Assembly (NCBI GenBank): GCA_947259715.1
Contig: CAMYNR010000097.1
Location: 1 to 54,655, forward strand
Reading direction: 5' to 3'
Source of the DNA: an uncultured Desulfuromonadales bacterium
GTDB taxonomy: Bacteria; Desulfobacterota; Desulfuromonadia; Desulfuromonadales; Geopsychrobacteraceae
DNA: 54,655 nucleotides
Below the pieces are notes generated by a model, which did not search any database, was not told the origin of the DNA, and was given only the letters and a program-made list of their open reading frames with translations. Positions within the stretch are counted from its first letter, which is position 1. Each line of letters begins with the position of its first letter. Shown here piece after piece: positions 1 to 9,929 of this stretch. A program made the translations under genes and the position numbers.

Positions 1-1
1 G

Positions 2-307
2 TATGCGGTGATCAAGACCGGAGGCAAACAGTACAAAGTTTCCGAAGGCGACCTGGTAAAGGTCGAAAAGATCGATGGCGCAGTCGGTGAGACTGTCGAG
101 ATCGATCAGGTCCTCATGGTCGGTGGCGCAGAGGTTAAACTCGGAACACCTCTCGTACCAGGTGCCAAGGTTAAGGCACAGATCGTTGCCCAGGAGAAGG
201 ACAAGAAGATTCTTGTCTTCAAATCCAAGCGGCGCAAAGGGTATCGTAAGAAATACGGCCACCGTCAACCTGTTACCCGACTTAAAGTCGCGGCGATTGA
301 AGCTTAA
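2..307 (+). CDS. rplU: 50S ribosomal protein L21 (first 2 nt of the start codon lie outside the window)
   Basis: (M)[13 protein letters not shown]...RKKYGHRQ L21 signature; upstream of L27. Confidence 0.97.
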   Translation, partial: YAVIKTGGKQYKVSEGDLVKVEKIDGAVGETVEIDQVLMVGGAEVKLGTPLVPGAKVKAQIVAQEKDKKILVFKSKRRKGYRKKYGHRQPVTRLKVAAIEA

Positions 308-319
308 GGAGGCGATCTC

Positions 320-574
320 ATGGCTCATAAGAAAGCTGCCGGTAGTTCCAAGAACGGCCGCGATAGCGCTGGTAAGCGCCTCGGGGTCAAACGTTATGGT
401 GGTCAGGAAGTGACCGCCGGTTCCATTCTGGTCCGCCAGCGTGGCACCACCTTCCATCCTGGCAACAACGTTGGTTGTGGCAAGGATTACACCCTGTTTG
501 CTCTGGTCGACGGCGTCGTCAAGTTTGAGACCAAGGCCAAGGGTCGCAAGCAGATCAGCGTTTACGCTGGTTAA
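320..574 (+). CDS. rpmA: 50S ribosomal protein L27
   Basis: [16 protein letters not shown]...RQRGT; SD AAGGAGG upstream. Confidence 0.98.
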   Translation: MAHKKAAGSSKNGRDSAGKRLGVKRYGGQEVTAGSILVRQRGTTFHPGNNVGCGKDYTLFALVDGVVKFETKAKGRKQISVYAG

Positions 575-596
575 AACGCTTCGCAAGATGCAACCA

Positions 597-633
597 GAAA
601 AACCCGGTACCGTTAAGCGGTAGCGGGTTTTTC
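597..633 (+). terminator. Intrinsic terminator after rpmA
   Basis: aaaaacccg-g-taccg/ttaag/cggta-g-cgggttttt inverted repeat with T tract. Confidence 0.75.
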
Positions 634-672
634 CATTTATAGTGTTCAGGTGGTTGCGCTAGGAATGGCATT

Positions 673-1737
673 ATGAAGTTTGTTGATCAGGTTAAAATCG
701 AAGTAAAAGCCGGTGATGGCGGGCGTGGATGCCTTTCTTTTCGGCGGGAAAAATTTATCCCTCGCGGCGGCCCCGACGGCGGCGATGGCGGCAAGGGCGG
801 CGATGTTTTTTTTATCGTTGATTCGGCCTTGAGCACCCTGCTCGATTACCGCTATATGCACCACTATAAGGCGAAAAACGGTGCGCCGGGCTTGGGCAAA
901 AACATGCACGGTAAAAATGGCGAATCGCTGGAATTGCGGGTGCCGCCCGGCACGCAGATTTTTGACGATGAGACGGGCGAGCTGGTTGCCGACCTGACCG
1001 AGGCCGGAGAGCGGCTGCTTCTGCTGGCCGGTGGCCAGGGAGGGCGTGGCAACGCGCGTTTTGCCACCAGCACCAACCGGGCGCCGCGACATACCCAGCC
1101 GGGGGTGCCGGGTGAAGCCAGGTCTTTGCGGCTGGAGCTGAAGCTGTTGGCGGATGTCGGCCTGGTCGGATTGCCGAACGCCGGCAAGTCGACGCTGATC
1201 TCTTCAATCTCCGCCGCCAAGCCGAAGGTCGCCGACTATCCCTTCACCACTCTGGTGCCGAATCTCGGCGTGGTGCCTTACGGTGGCCATAAGACCATGG
1301 TTGTCGCCGATATCCCCGGTCTGATCGCTGGGGCCAGCGAAGGTCAGGGCTTGGGAACGCGCTTTTTGCGTCATGTCGAACGAACCGACCTGTTTCTGCA
1401 CCTGGTCGACCTGTCATTTATCCAGGAAGGCGATCCTTTTGATAACTTTCAGGTCCTGAATAATGAGCTTCGCCAGCATGACCAGGCTTTGCTGGATAAG
1501 CCGCAGCTGGTGGTGCTGAGTAAGATCGATATTCCCGAAGTGCGCGAACAGGCGCAGGCGATGAAGGAGCACTTTGAGTCGCTCGGTTATCCAAGCTTCC
1601 TTATCTCTGCTGTCACGGGCGAGGGGCTCAAGGAGCTGGTGCACGCGGTCGGCGCTGAGCTCGATCGGCGCCGGCAGAAACCAACGGCCGGTTTTGATCT
1701 CGGGGTCCCGCCTCACCTTGACTCTGAAAAAGGTTGA
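673..1737 (+). CDS. obgE: GTPase ObgE/CgtA
   Basis: Gly-rich Obg fold (GGPDGGDGG), G1 GLPNAGKST, YPFTT, DIPG; rplU-rpmA-obgE synteny. Confidence 0.97.
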   Translation: MKFVDQVKIEVKAGDGGRGCLSFRREKFIPRGGPDGGDGGKGGDVFFIVDSALSTLLDYRYMHHYKAKNGAPGLGKNMHGKNGESLELRVPPGTQIFDDETGELVADLTEAGERLLLLAGGQGGRGNARFATSTNRAPRHTQPGVPGEARSLRLELKLLADVGLVGLPNAGKSTLISSISAAKPKVADYPFTTLVPNLGVVPYGGHKTMVVADIPGLIAGASEGQGLGTRFLRHVERTDLFLHLVDLSFIQEGDPFDNFQVLNNELRQHDQALLDKPQLVVLSKIDIPEVREQAQAMKEHFESLGYPSFLISAVTGEGLKELVHAVGAELDRRRQKPTAGFDLGVPPHLDSEKG

Positions 1738-1802
1738 CGGTAGGCTTTTCGCTGCTTGAAAGAGCAGCTGGATGAATATTTTTCGATACTATCTGGGGAT
1801 CT

Positions 1803-2945
1803 ATGCGCAAGTCGTTACTCTCCCATGTCAGGCGGGTCGTCGTTAAGATCGGCAGTGGCGTTATCTCCACTGCCGATGGTCTCGATGAATCGCAGTTGGC
1901 GGTGATCGCGGAGGATGTCTGCAACCTGCTTGATGCCGGGCTAGAGGTGATTCTGGTCTCCTCCGGAGCGGTCGCCGCTGGCAAGGGGCAGCTTGGCATA
2001 CAGGGGCGACCGCAGACCATTCCGCAGAAGCAGGCCGCGGCGGCGATTGGCCAGACCCGGATAATCCGGGAGTACAAAGAAACCTTTCTGGCCCGCAATT
2101 ATAATGTCGCCCAGGTTCTGCTGACCCGCGATGACCTTTCCAATCGGCGGCGCTACCTGAATGCCCGCAACACCATGATGACCCTGCTTGAGTACGGGGT
2201 TACGCCGATCGTCAATGAGAACGACACGGTGGTGGTCGAAGAAATTCGTTTCGGCGATAACGATAACCTCTCGGCGCTGGTGACCTCGCTGGTCGAGGCG
2301 GATATGCTGATCATTCTCTCTGATGTGGATGGGCTGTATGACAGCAATCCGGTGGAAAACCCGACAGCAGAATTGATTCCGGTGGTCGAGCGGGTTACGC
2401 CCGAAATCGAGGCGATGGGTGGCGGCTCCAACGGCAATCTCGGAACCGGCGGCATGGCAACCAAGATCAAGGCGGCTAAGCGCGCTGCCTTGAGCGGGGT
2501 TGGCACGCTGATTGTCAATGGCCGCCGGCCGAATATTCTCAGTCAGGTGTTTGCCGGTGCCGATGTCGGCAGCTATTTTCTGCCCGCGCAGTCGAAACTG
2601 ACGGCGAAAAAGCACTGGATCGCCTTTTCGAAAAAGCCGCGCGGCAAGCTGCTGCTCGATGAGGGCGCCCAGGGAGCGATCGTCAAGCGCGGCAAAAGCC
2701 TGCTGCCCTCTGGCATTGTCGGGGTCGAAGGGGGCTTCGAGCGGGGCGATGCGGTGCGCCTCTGTGATCGGCAGGGGCAGGAGTTTGCTCGCGGGGTGGT
2801 CAGCTATTCGTTGGCCGAAACCCTGCAGATCATGGGCAGACAGTGTTCCGAGATCGAGAACCGGCTCGGCTATAAATATCGTGATGAAGTGGTCTGCCGG
2901 GATGACCTGGTCTTGACCGATGAAGGGGAAGAGGAGAATCAATAA
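1803..2945 (+). CDS. proB: Glutamate 5-kinase with PUA domain
   Basis: VVKIGS, NENDTV, FGDNDNLS, GTGGMATK; C-terminal PUA. Confidence 0.97.
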   Translation: MRKSLLSHVRRVVVKIGSGVISTADGLDESQLAVIAEDVCNLLDAGLEVILVSSGAVAAGKGQLGIQGRPQTIPQKQAAAAIGQTRIIREYKETFLARNYNVAQVLLTRDDLSNRRRYLNARNTMMTLLEYGVTPIVNENDTVVVEEIRFGDNDNLSALVTSLVEADMLIILSDVDGLYDSNPVENPTAELIPVVERVTPEIEAMGGGSNGNLGTGGMATKIKAAKRAALSGVGTLIVNGRRPNILSQVFAGADVGSYFLPAQSKLTAKKHWIAFSKKPRGKLLLDEGAQGAIVKRGKSLLPSGIVGVEGGFERGDAVRLCDRQGQEFARGVVSYSLAETLQIMGRQCSEIENRLGYKYRDEVVCRDDLVLTDEGEEENQ

Positions 2946-4202
2946 ATGACGGTACGTGAAGAAATGCTTGCGCTGGCGCTTGCCGCCCAGCAGGCTTCGC
3001 GGCAGATGGCCAACCTGTCGACGGGGGTAAAGGATGAACTGCTGCGGAAGATGGCCGCCGCCCTGGAAACGGCGCAGGATGAGCTGCAGCGGGAAAACGA
3101 AAAGGACCTGCAGTCCGCCCGTGAAAAGGGGATGGCGGCGGCAATGGTTGATCGGCTCGCTTTGACTCCGGAGCGGATCACGGCGATGGCTGATGGCTTG
3201 CGTGAGGTTGCCGCCTTGCCTGATCCGGTCGGTGAGGTAACCGGTATGTGGCTGCGCCCGAACGGCATCAAGGTCGGTCGCCAGCGGATTCCTCTCGGCG
3301 TGATCGGCATAATTTACGAGTCACGTCCCAATGTCACCGCCGATGCCGCCGGGCTTTGCCTGAAAAGTGGTAACGCCGTGGTGCTGCGCGGCGGTTCGGA
3401 GGCGCTGCACTCCAATCGGGCGATCGGGCGGATTCTGCAGCGGGTGATGGCTGAAATGGATCTGCCGGAAGCGGCCCTGCAGGTGGTCACCACCAGCGAT
3501 CGCAACGCCGTGACCGAGCTGCTGAAACTGGAAGATCAGATCGACCTGATCATCCCGCGCGGTGGTGAGGGGCTGATCCGCTTTGTCTCCGAGAATTCCC
3601 GTATTCCGGTGATCAAGCATTATAAAGGGGTTTGTCACACCTACGTTGATGCGGCCGCCGACCTGCAGATGGCCGAAGAGATCTGTCTGAACGAAAAGGT
3701 CCAGCGTCCCGGGGTCTGCAACGCCATGGAAACCCTGCTCATTCATCAGGATGTGGCGGCGACTTTTTTACCGCAGATTGTCGCTGCCATGCGTGCTCAA
3801 GGGGTGGAGCTGCGCGGTTGCGAAAAATGCCGCGAGATTGTCGCCGATCTGCTGCCGGCCAGCGAAGAGGATTGGCAGGCTGAGTATCTCGAGCTGATTC
3901 TGGCGGTGCGCATCGTCAGCGATTATGCCGAGGCCAGGGGGCATATCGAGACCTACGGCTCGTTGCACACCGAGGTGATCGTCACCAATGATTATCAGAT
4001 GTCGCAGCGCTTTTTGCGGGAAATTAACTCCAGTGTGGTGATGGTCAATGCCTCCTCGCGTTTCTCCGATGGCAATCAGCTCGGCCTGGGGGCGGAGATC
4101 GGTATTTCCACCACCAAGTTGCACTCTTTCGGACCGATGGGTCTGGAGGACCTGACCACCCGCAAATTTATCGTTCTGGGTGACGGTCAGGTGCGCAGCT
4201 AG
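2946..4202 (+). CDS. proA: Gamma-glutamyl phosphate reductase
   Basis: [30 protein letters not shown]. Confidence 0.97.
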   Translation: MTVREEMLALALAAQQASRQMANLSTGVKDELLRKMAAALETAQDELQRENEKDLQSAREKGMAAAMVDRLALTPERITAMADGLREVAALPDPVGEVTGMWLRPNGIKVGRQRIPLGVIGIIYESRPNVTADAAGLCLKSGNAVVLRGGSEALHSNRAIGRILQRVMAEMDLPEAALQVVTTSDRNAVTELLKLEDQIDLIIPRGGEGLIRFVSENSRIPVIKHYKGVCHTYVDAAADLQMAEEICLNEKVQRPGVCNAMETLLIHQDVAATFLPQIVAAMRAQGVELRGCEKCREIVADLLPASEEDWQAEYLELILAVRIVSDYAEARGHIETYGSLHTEVIVTNDYQMSQRFLREINSSVVMVNASSRFSDGNQLGLGAEIGISTTKLHSFGPMGLEDLTTRKFIVLGDGQVRS

Positions 4203-4211
4203 GCTGCGGCC

Positions 4212-4892
4212 ATGCGTATCGGAATTCTCGGCGGAACCTTTAATCCGGTTCATTTTGGTCATCTGCATATTGCTGAGGAGGTGCTCAGCAGTTGTGACCT
4301 TGATCAGGTCTGGTTCCTCCCGACCTGTCGGCCGCCGCATAAAACGCTGGCTGCGGAGGTTTCTTTTGCTGATCGGCTGGCGATGGTCGAGGCTGCTGTT
4401 GCCGAACAGCCACGCTTCTTTGCCAACGATCTCGAGGGGCGGCGCGGTGGTACTAGCTACTCTGTGGAAACCTTGGAGCAGCTGCGTAGAAACTATCCCC
4501 AGGACGAATTTTTTTTCATTATGGGGCTTGATTCGTTTGCCGAAATCGATTCCTGGAAAGACTACCCTCGACTCTTTGAACTGGCTCATTTGGTGGTTGC
4601 CGCCAGGCCAGGGTTTTACGGGTCTTTGCAGCAGTTTCTGCCGGTTGCTATCGCAGATCGCTTCTGTTATGATGCCGAATCCGAAAATCTGAGACACCAG
4701 AGCGGGTTCTCGGTGATAGCCGTTCGGCAGACCAGCCGGGACGTCTCTTCGACCGAAATCCGCCGGCGGGTGCGTCAGAGTGAGGATGTTTCAACGCTGC
4801 TTCCGGCGGCGGTGATTGACTATATTCGACAGCACCGGCTGTATCGAAATATGGCTGGTGCAAGCGCTCAGCCGGAAAAGAAAAAAGGATAG
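4212..4892 (+). CDS. nadD: Nicotinate-nucleotide adenylyltransferase
   Basis: GGTFNPVHFGH, SSTEIR motifs; synteny. Confidence 0.95.
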   Translation: MRIGILGGTFNPVHFGHLHIAEEVLSSCDLDQVWFLPTCRPPHKTLAAEVSFADRLAMVEAAVAEQPRFFANDLEGRRGGTSYSVETLEQLRRNYPQDEFFFIMGLDSFAEIDSWKDYPRLFELAHLVVAARPGFYGSLQQFLPVAIADRFCYDAESENLRHQSGFSVIAVRQTSRDVSSTEIRRRVRQSEDVSTLLPAAVIDYIRQHRLYRNMAGASAQPEKKKG

Positions 4893-4895
4893 AAT

Positions 4896-5255
4896 TTGCA
4901 AGCGAAAGATTCAGCATTGCTGGCTGTTGATTATGCCCTGGACAAGAAGGGTTTTGACCTGAAGTTGCTCAAGGTCAGCGAGCTTTCGTCGCTGACCGAT
5001 TACCTGTTGCTGGTGTCCGGTCGGTCCGACCGTCAGGTGCAGGCGATTGCCGAAAATATCAAGCTTGAACTGAAAAAGAAGCATCAGTTGCTGCCGCTGG
5101 CCGTAGAAGGAATGGATCAGGGGCGCTGGGTGCTGCTTGATTATGGCGAGATCATGGTGCATGTCTTTCAAGAACCGGTGCGTGAGTTTTATGACCTCGA
5201 AGGCCTGTGGAGCGAGGCGCCCGAGGTGGCACTGGAACGGACTTCGACCGAGTGA
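4896..5255 (+). CDS. rsfS: Ribosome silencing factor RsfS (Iojap)
   Basis: WVLLDYGEIMVHVF...REFYDLEGLW; TTG start. Confidence 0.95.
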   Translation: MQAKDSALLAVDYALDKKGFDLKLLKVSELSSLTDYLLLVSGRSDRQVQAIAENIKLELKKKHQLLPLAVEGMDQGRWVLLDYGEIMVHVFQEPVREFYDLEGLWSEAPEVALERTSTE

Positions 5256-5725
5256 AGCTGCGACTGGTCTGTGTCGGCAAGCTGGCTGAGGCCTGGCAGC
5301 GCGAGGCGGCGGAAGACTACGCCGGTCGCCTGCAACGCAATTACACGTTGGATATTATCGAGCTTAAAGAGGAAAAAGGGGGGCGCAAAGGGGATATCCC
5401 CGGTCTGCTCAAACGGGAAGGGGAGCGCATTCTGGATAAGGTGCCGGAGCGTTCCTATCTGATCGTACTCGACGAGCGGGGACGGCTTTTCAGCTCGGAA
5501 CAGCTGGCGGAAAAGCTGGGTGAACAGATGCTGCATGGGGGACAGGACTGGTGCCTGGTGGTCGGCGGACCCTATGGCCTTGATCCAAAGGTTCGGCAAC
5601 GCGCAGATCTGTTGCTCTCCCTGTCAAAAATGACCTTTACCCATCAGATGGCGCGGCTGTTGCTGCTGGAACAGCTTTATCGAAGCCATACCATTCTGCG
5701 CAATGAACCCTATCATAACCGTTAG
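5252..5725 (+). CDS. rlmH: 23S rRNA pseudouridine-1915 N3-methyltransferase
   Basis: GGPYG, SLSKMTFTHQMARLLLLEQLYR, PYH; GTG start overlapping rsfS stop (GTGA). Confidence 0.95.
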   Translation: MKLRLVCVGKLAEAWQREAAEDYAGRLQRNYTLDIIELKEEKGGRKGDIPGLLKREGERILDKVPERSYLIVLDERGRLFSSEQLAEKLGEQMLHGGQDWCLVVGGPYGLDPKVRQRADLLLSLSKMTFTHQMARLLLLEQLYRSHTILRNEPYHNR

Positions 5726-5761
5726 CGATATTCAGTATCGCAGTAGGAGGCAGTCAGTCAG

Positions 5762-6115
5762 ATGGACGAAGAACAATTGCAGGAAGCCCGCCAGCGTCTG
5801 CTGGCAATGCGTGAAGAAGTTCTGGAAGAATCTCAAAAAGCTTATGCCGCATCCCAGTCATTAGGGAAAGATGGCGTGCCTGATATTGGCGATATGTCGT
5901 CTAACAGCTATAATCAGGAAGTGCTGATGAATTTGAGTGAGGCGCAACGCGGCCGGGTCCGTGACATTGATGCCGCCCTCGAACGGATGGATCAGGGTGT
6001 GTACGGCCTGTGCGCGCGATGTGAGGAAGAGATTCCGCAGCGCCGCATGGAAGTTCGACCCTTTTCTCGTTATTGTGTTGATTGTAAATCTGAAGTTGAA
6101 AAATTTGGTGAATAG
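5762..6115 (+). CDS. dksA: DksA/TraR C4 zinc-finger protein
   Basis: Coiled-coil tip DIGD, YGLCARC...RYCVDC; SD AGGAGG. Confidence 0.85.
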   Translation: MDEEQLQEARQRLLAMREEVLEESQKAYAASQSLGKDGVPDIGDMSSNSYNQEVLMNLSEAQRGRVRDIDAALERMDQGVYGLCARCEEEIPQRRMEVRPFSRYCVDCKSEVEKFGE

Positions 6116-6159
6116 CAACCCCTGACGCCTGCTGATGTCGGGCCTGCCTGGAGAAGACC

Positions 6160-7530
6160 ATGATCCTTATTGCTCTGTTCATGTTGGTGTTTATCGCTTT
6201 TGCTGCCGGGTTTCTTTATTTTTGGGGAATAAATCCGGGTGAGATCACGGTCTTTTTTACCAATGAGCAGAGCTTTACTCTGCCGGTTGTCATTACCCTG
6301 TTCTGCGCGGTCCTGGTCGGCCTGTTGATCGGCACCGGGGTCCATATGCTCAGCGCCTTCATCAACTCCTTCGGCAGCTGGCGCAGTGGCCGCAAGATGA
6401 AAAAAGCCGAGGAGATCGGCACCATTTATCGCAATGGCGTCGGCCGCCTGCTGGCGGGTGATCTGAAGAAGGCCCGGACTCTGTTGAAAAAGGCCTTGGA
6501 TCGCGATCCCAAGCGGGTTGACAGTTATCTGGCGCTGGCCAGTGTCGAACTGCAGGAGGGCAACCAGGCCGCAGGAATTGAGCTGTTGCAGGAAGCGCGC
6601 AAGCTTGATCCGCACGGCTCGGAAATCCTGTTCAAACTGGCGGCGACTTATAAAGAAGCCGGTCGTCGCGAGGAAGCGATCCAGGTTTATAAAGAACTGC
6701 TGGCCAACGACACCGGTAACCGTAAGGCGATGCGCGCCCTGCGCGATCTGCAGATTGAGCTGGGCAACATTGAAGAAGCCCAGAACCTGCAGAAACAGAT
6801 TGTTAAATCAGCCTCCTCAGGCCCGAAATCGGATGCCGAAAAACACCAGCTGCGCCAACTGCGTTACGAGATGGCCCGGCGCGATCTGGAGCAGGGTGAT
6901 TATGATCAGGCGGTCGATGCCTGTAAGGATCTGATCAAGCAGGATGCCAGCTTTACCCCGGCGCGCGTCACCCTGGGCGATGCCTACCGCAAGATGGGGC
7001 GCGATAACGATGCCGTCAAGGTTTATCAGGACGGTTATAAAGCGCTGAAGAAAAGCATTTTTCTCTCCCGCCTCGAAGATCTGTATATCGGCGCCGAAGA
7101 CCCGGCTGCCTTGCTTTCCTACTACCGGAGTCAGATGGAAGCGGATAGCAGCGATCTGTTGCTTAAACTCTACCTCAGCCGTCTCTGCTTGCGTCTGGAG
7201 ATGGTCGATGAGGCCTTCCAGCATCTGACCGACCTGGAAAGTACCGGCATCGACTTCCCACAATTGCACCTGCTGCTGGCCGAGGCGCATCGCCGCCGGC
7301 AGAAGGTCGATCAGGCGGTGGTCGAGTACCAGCGCGCCTTAAGTATCGACAGCCAGCTGAGCCTCGGCTTTGTCTGTGAGGCCTGTGGCGCCAAGCACGA
7401 AGAGTGGCTGAGCAGCTGCGCTGAATGTAAAGCCTGGGATTCCCTGATCCTGCCCGAGCGCAAGCAGATTCAGGACGCCAAGTTGGTTGAGGGCCCCAAG
7501 GCAATCCCTCACGGCCAGCGGGAGGCTTAA
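6160..7530 (+). CDS. Membrane-anchored TPR protein with C-terminal rubredoxin-like CxxC...CxxC (LapA/LapB-like)
   Basis: Two N-terminal hydrophobic helices, many TPR-like repeats, FVCEACG...CAECKAW. Confidence 0.75.
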   Translation: MILIALFMLVFIAFAAGFLYFWGINPGEITVFFTNEQSFTLPVVITLFCAVLVGLLIGTGVHMLSAFINSFGSWRSGRKMKKAEEIGTIYRNGVGRLLAGDLKKARTLLKKALDRDPKRVDSYLALASVELQEGNQAAGIELLQEARKLDPHGSEILFKLAATYKEAGRREEAIQVYKELLANDTGNRKAMRALRDLQIELGNIEEAQNLQKQIVKSASSGPKSDAEKHQLRQLRYEMARRDLEQGDYDQAVDACKDLIKQDASFTPARVTLGDAYRKMGRDNDAVKVYQDGYKALKKSIFLSRLEDLYIGAEDPAALLSYYRSQMEADSSDLLLKLYLSRLCLRLEMVDEAFQHLTDLESTGIDFPQLHLLLAEAHRRRQKVDQAVVEYQRALSIDSQLSLGFVCEACGAKHEEWLSSCAECKAWDSLILPERKQIQDAKLVEGPKAIPHGQREA

Positions 7531-7535
7531 ACCCG

Positions 7536-9062
7536 ATGCGCCAGGGACCGGTTGCGCTGGTCATTCTCGATGGCTGGGGGATCAGCGAGCGCTGTGATAA
7601 TAATGCCGCCTGCCAGGCGAAGACTCCGACCATGGATGCTTTGCGGCGTGATTGGCCGAGTTCCCGTCTGCACGCCTCCGGTCGCGATGTCGGCCTGCCC
7701 GATGGACAGATGGGCAACTCCGAAGTCGGACATCTGAATATCGGCGCCGGTCGCGTCGTTTATCAGGACCTGACCCGGATCAGCCTGGCCAGCGAAGATG
7801 GCAGCCTGTTTGAAAACCCGGTCCTCCAGCGCGCCTGCCAGCGTCTGGCCGAAAACGGCGGCAAGTTGCATCTGCTCGGCCTGCTTTCTGATGGCGGCGT
7901 GCATTCGCACAACAGTCATCTCTATGCTTTGATCCGCATGGCCAAAGATATTGGCGTCCGGGATGTCTGCGTCCACGCTTTTATGGATGGCCGGGACACC
8001 CCACCAAGCAGCGGGAAGAAATATCTGCAGCAGCTTGAAGAGCAGCTGCAGCAGATCGGTCTGGGCCGGGTGGCAACCATCACCGGTCGCTACTGGGCGA
8101 TGGACCGTGACAATCGCTGGGAGCGGGTGGAGAAGGCTTATCTGGCCCTGACTGAAGGTCAGGGAAAGGTCGCAAAGAATCCCCAGGAAGCGATTCAGGC
8201 CGCTTATGCTGCCGGCCAGACCGATGAATTTATCGAACCGCAGGTGGTCTGCCAAAATGCCACCATTGACGATGATGACGCCATCATCTTTTTCAACTTT
8301 CGCGCCGACCGGTCTCGGCAAATGACCCGCGCTCTAACCGATCCTGAATTCACCGGCTTCAAGCGCAATAAAGCGCCCAAGCTGGCTGATTTTGTCTGTC
8401 TGACCGAATATGACGAGAGCTTCGATCTGCCAGTGGCCTTTCCGCCGGAGACCTATCCGGACATCCTTGGCGAAGTGGTTTCTAAAGCGGGGCTCAACCA
8501 GCTGCGGATTGCCGAGACGGAAAAATACGCCCATGTGACCTTCTTTTTCAATGGCGGTGTCGAGCACGCCTGGGAGGGGGAGGATAGGGTCTTGATCCCC
8601 TCGCCACAGGATGTTGCCACCTATGATCAGAAGCCCGAGATGAGCGCCTATGAAGTGACTGATGAAGTCGTCAAGCGGATTGAATCGGGGACTTATCAGC
8701 TGATCATTCTTAACTATGCCAACCCCGATATGGTCGGCCATTCCGGAGTGCTCCCGGCCGCTATCAAGGCGGTGGAGACCGTCGACAGTTGCCTGCAGCG
8801 GGTGGTTGATGCCGTGCTCGCTGCTGGTGGCAGCCTGCTGATCACCGCCGACCACGGTAACTGCGAACAGATGACCGCTGCCGATGGTGGCGCGCACACG
8901 GCTCATACCAGTAACCCTGTTCCGCTGGTGTTTGTTGATGCGCAGCGAAAAAATGCCCAACTGCGCGAAGGGATTCTCGCCGATCTGGCGCCGACAATTC
9001 TTGATCTGTTGCAGCTTCCGGTTCCGGCAGCAATGACCGGCCAGTCCCTGCTCGTCAGTTAA
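7536..9062 (+). CDS. gpmI: 2,3-bisphosphoglycerate-independent phosphoglycerate mutase
   Basis: [38 protein letters not shown]. Confidence 0.97.
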   Translation: MRQGPVALVILDGWGISERCDNNAACQAKTPTMDALRRDWPSSRLHASGRDVGLPDGQMGNSEVGHLNIGAGRVVYQDLTRISLASEDGSLFENPVLQRACQRLAENGGKLHLLGLLSDGGVHSHNSHLYALIRMAKDIGVRDVCVHAFMDGRDTPPSSGKKYLQQLEEQLQQIGLGRVATITGRYWAMDRDNRWERVEKAYLALTEGQGKVAKNPQEAIQAAYAAGQTDEFIEPQVVCQNATIDDDDAIIFFNFRADRSRQMTRALTDPEFTGFKRNKAPKLADFVCLTEYDESFDLPVAFPPETYPDILGEVVSKAGLNQLRIAETEKYAHVTFFFNGGVEHAWEGEDRVLIPSPQDVATYDQKPEMSAYEVTDEVVKRIESGTYQLIILNYANPDMVGHSGVLPAAIKAVETVDSCLQRVVDAVLAAGGSLLITADHGNCEQMTAADGGAHTAHTSNPVPLVFVDAQRKNAQLREGILADLAPTILDLLQLPVPAAMTGQSLLVS

Positions 9063-9066
9063 ATCA

Positions 9067-9822
9067 TTGCTGAGGGGCGTGGCGCTGGGGGTGCTGCAGG
9101 GAGCTGGCAAGCTTATCGATCTGCTGCTGCCGCCGGCCTGCCCGCTCTGCAGCAGGACCTTCCCCCAATCCTGGACTGAGCCTTTCTGTGCGACCTGTCT
9201 GGGAGATTTTCCGCCCTTGCCGAGCGCCCATTGCCCGCGCTGCGCGCTGCCGTTTCCCGCAGCCTCCGGGAGCAGCCATCTCTGTGGCCAGTGCAGCCGA
9301 ACAACTCCCCCCTACGCTAAGGTTTATGCGGCCGGTCTTTATCAGAACAGCCTTCGGCAGGCGATCCACCAGTTTAAATTCAACCAGCGCATTGGACTTG
9401 ACCGGCCCCTGGCGACCCTGCTTGCCAGGAGTCTTCCTGGTGCCTGCTGCGCTGAGCTGATTATCCCGGTGCCCATGCATCGCCAGCGCCTGAAACAGCG
9501 GACCTACAATCAGGCGTTGCTGCTGGCGAGAGAACTGGGGCGCATCCGCCAGCGTCCCGTCCGCCATCAGTTGTTGTTGCGCCAGCAGCCCTCTATTCCC
9601 CAGCAAGGTTTGTCGGCCCGTCAGCGTGAAAGGAATTTGCGCGGCGCCTTCAAAGTCACCGGGCGCCTTGATGGGGCTTCTGTACTGCTGGTGGATGATG
9701 TCATGACCACCGGGGCGACGGTGCGCGAATCGGCCATCGCCCTGCTGGCGGCTGGAGCTGCCGAAGTCAAAGTGGCGGTCGTCGCCCGCGCGCCGGCAGA
9801 ATCGGGCAAAGATTTGCGCTGA
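9067..9822 (+). CDS. comF: ComF-family double Zn-ribbon/phosphoribosyltransferase protein (start approximate)
   Basis: Four CxxC pairs at N-terminus; LLVDDVMTTGAT PRTase motif. Confidence 0.85.
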   Translation: MLRGVALGVLQGAGKLIDLLLPPACPLCSRTFPQSWTEPFCATCLGDFPPLPSAHCPRCALPFPAASGSSHLCGQCSRTTPPYAKVYAAGLYQNSLRQAIHQFKFNQRIGLDRPLATLLARSLPGACCAELIIPVPMHRQRLKQRTYNQALLLARELGRIRQRPVRHQLLLRQQPSIPQQGLSARQRERNLRGAFKVTGRLDGASVLLVDDVMTTGATVRESAIALLAAGAAEVKVAVVARAPAESGKDLR

Positions 9823-9929
9823 TTCGGGGCTGGGGTGGGCAGTCATTGTTCTGGTATTTTCTCAGGCAGCTGGTATAGTGGGAACAATACTTCCCCTATG
9901 AGTAATAAAATTACCGATGAGGTTGCCGC

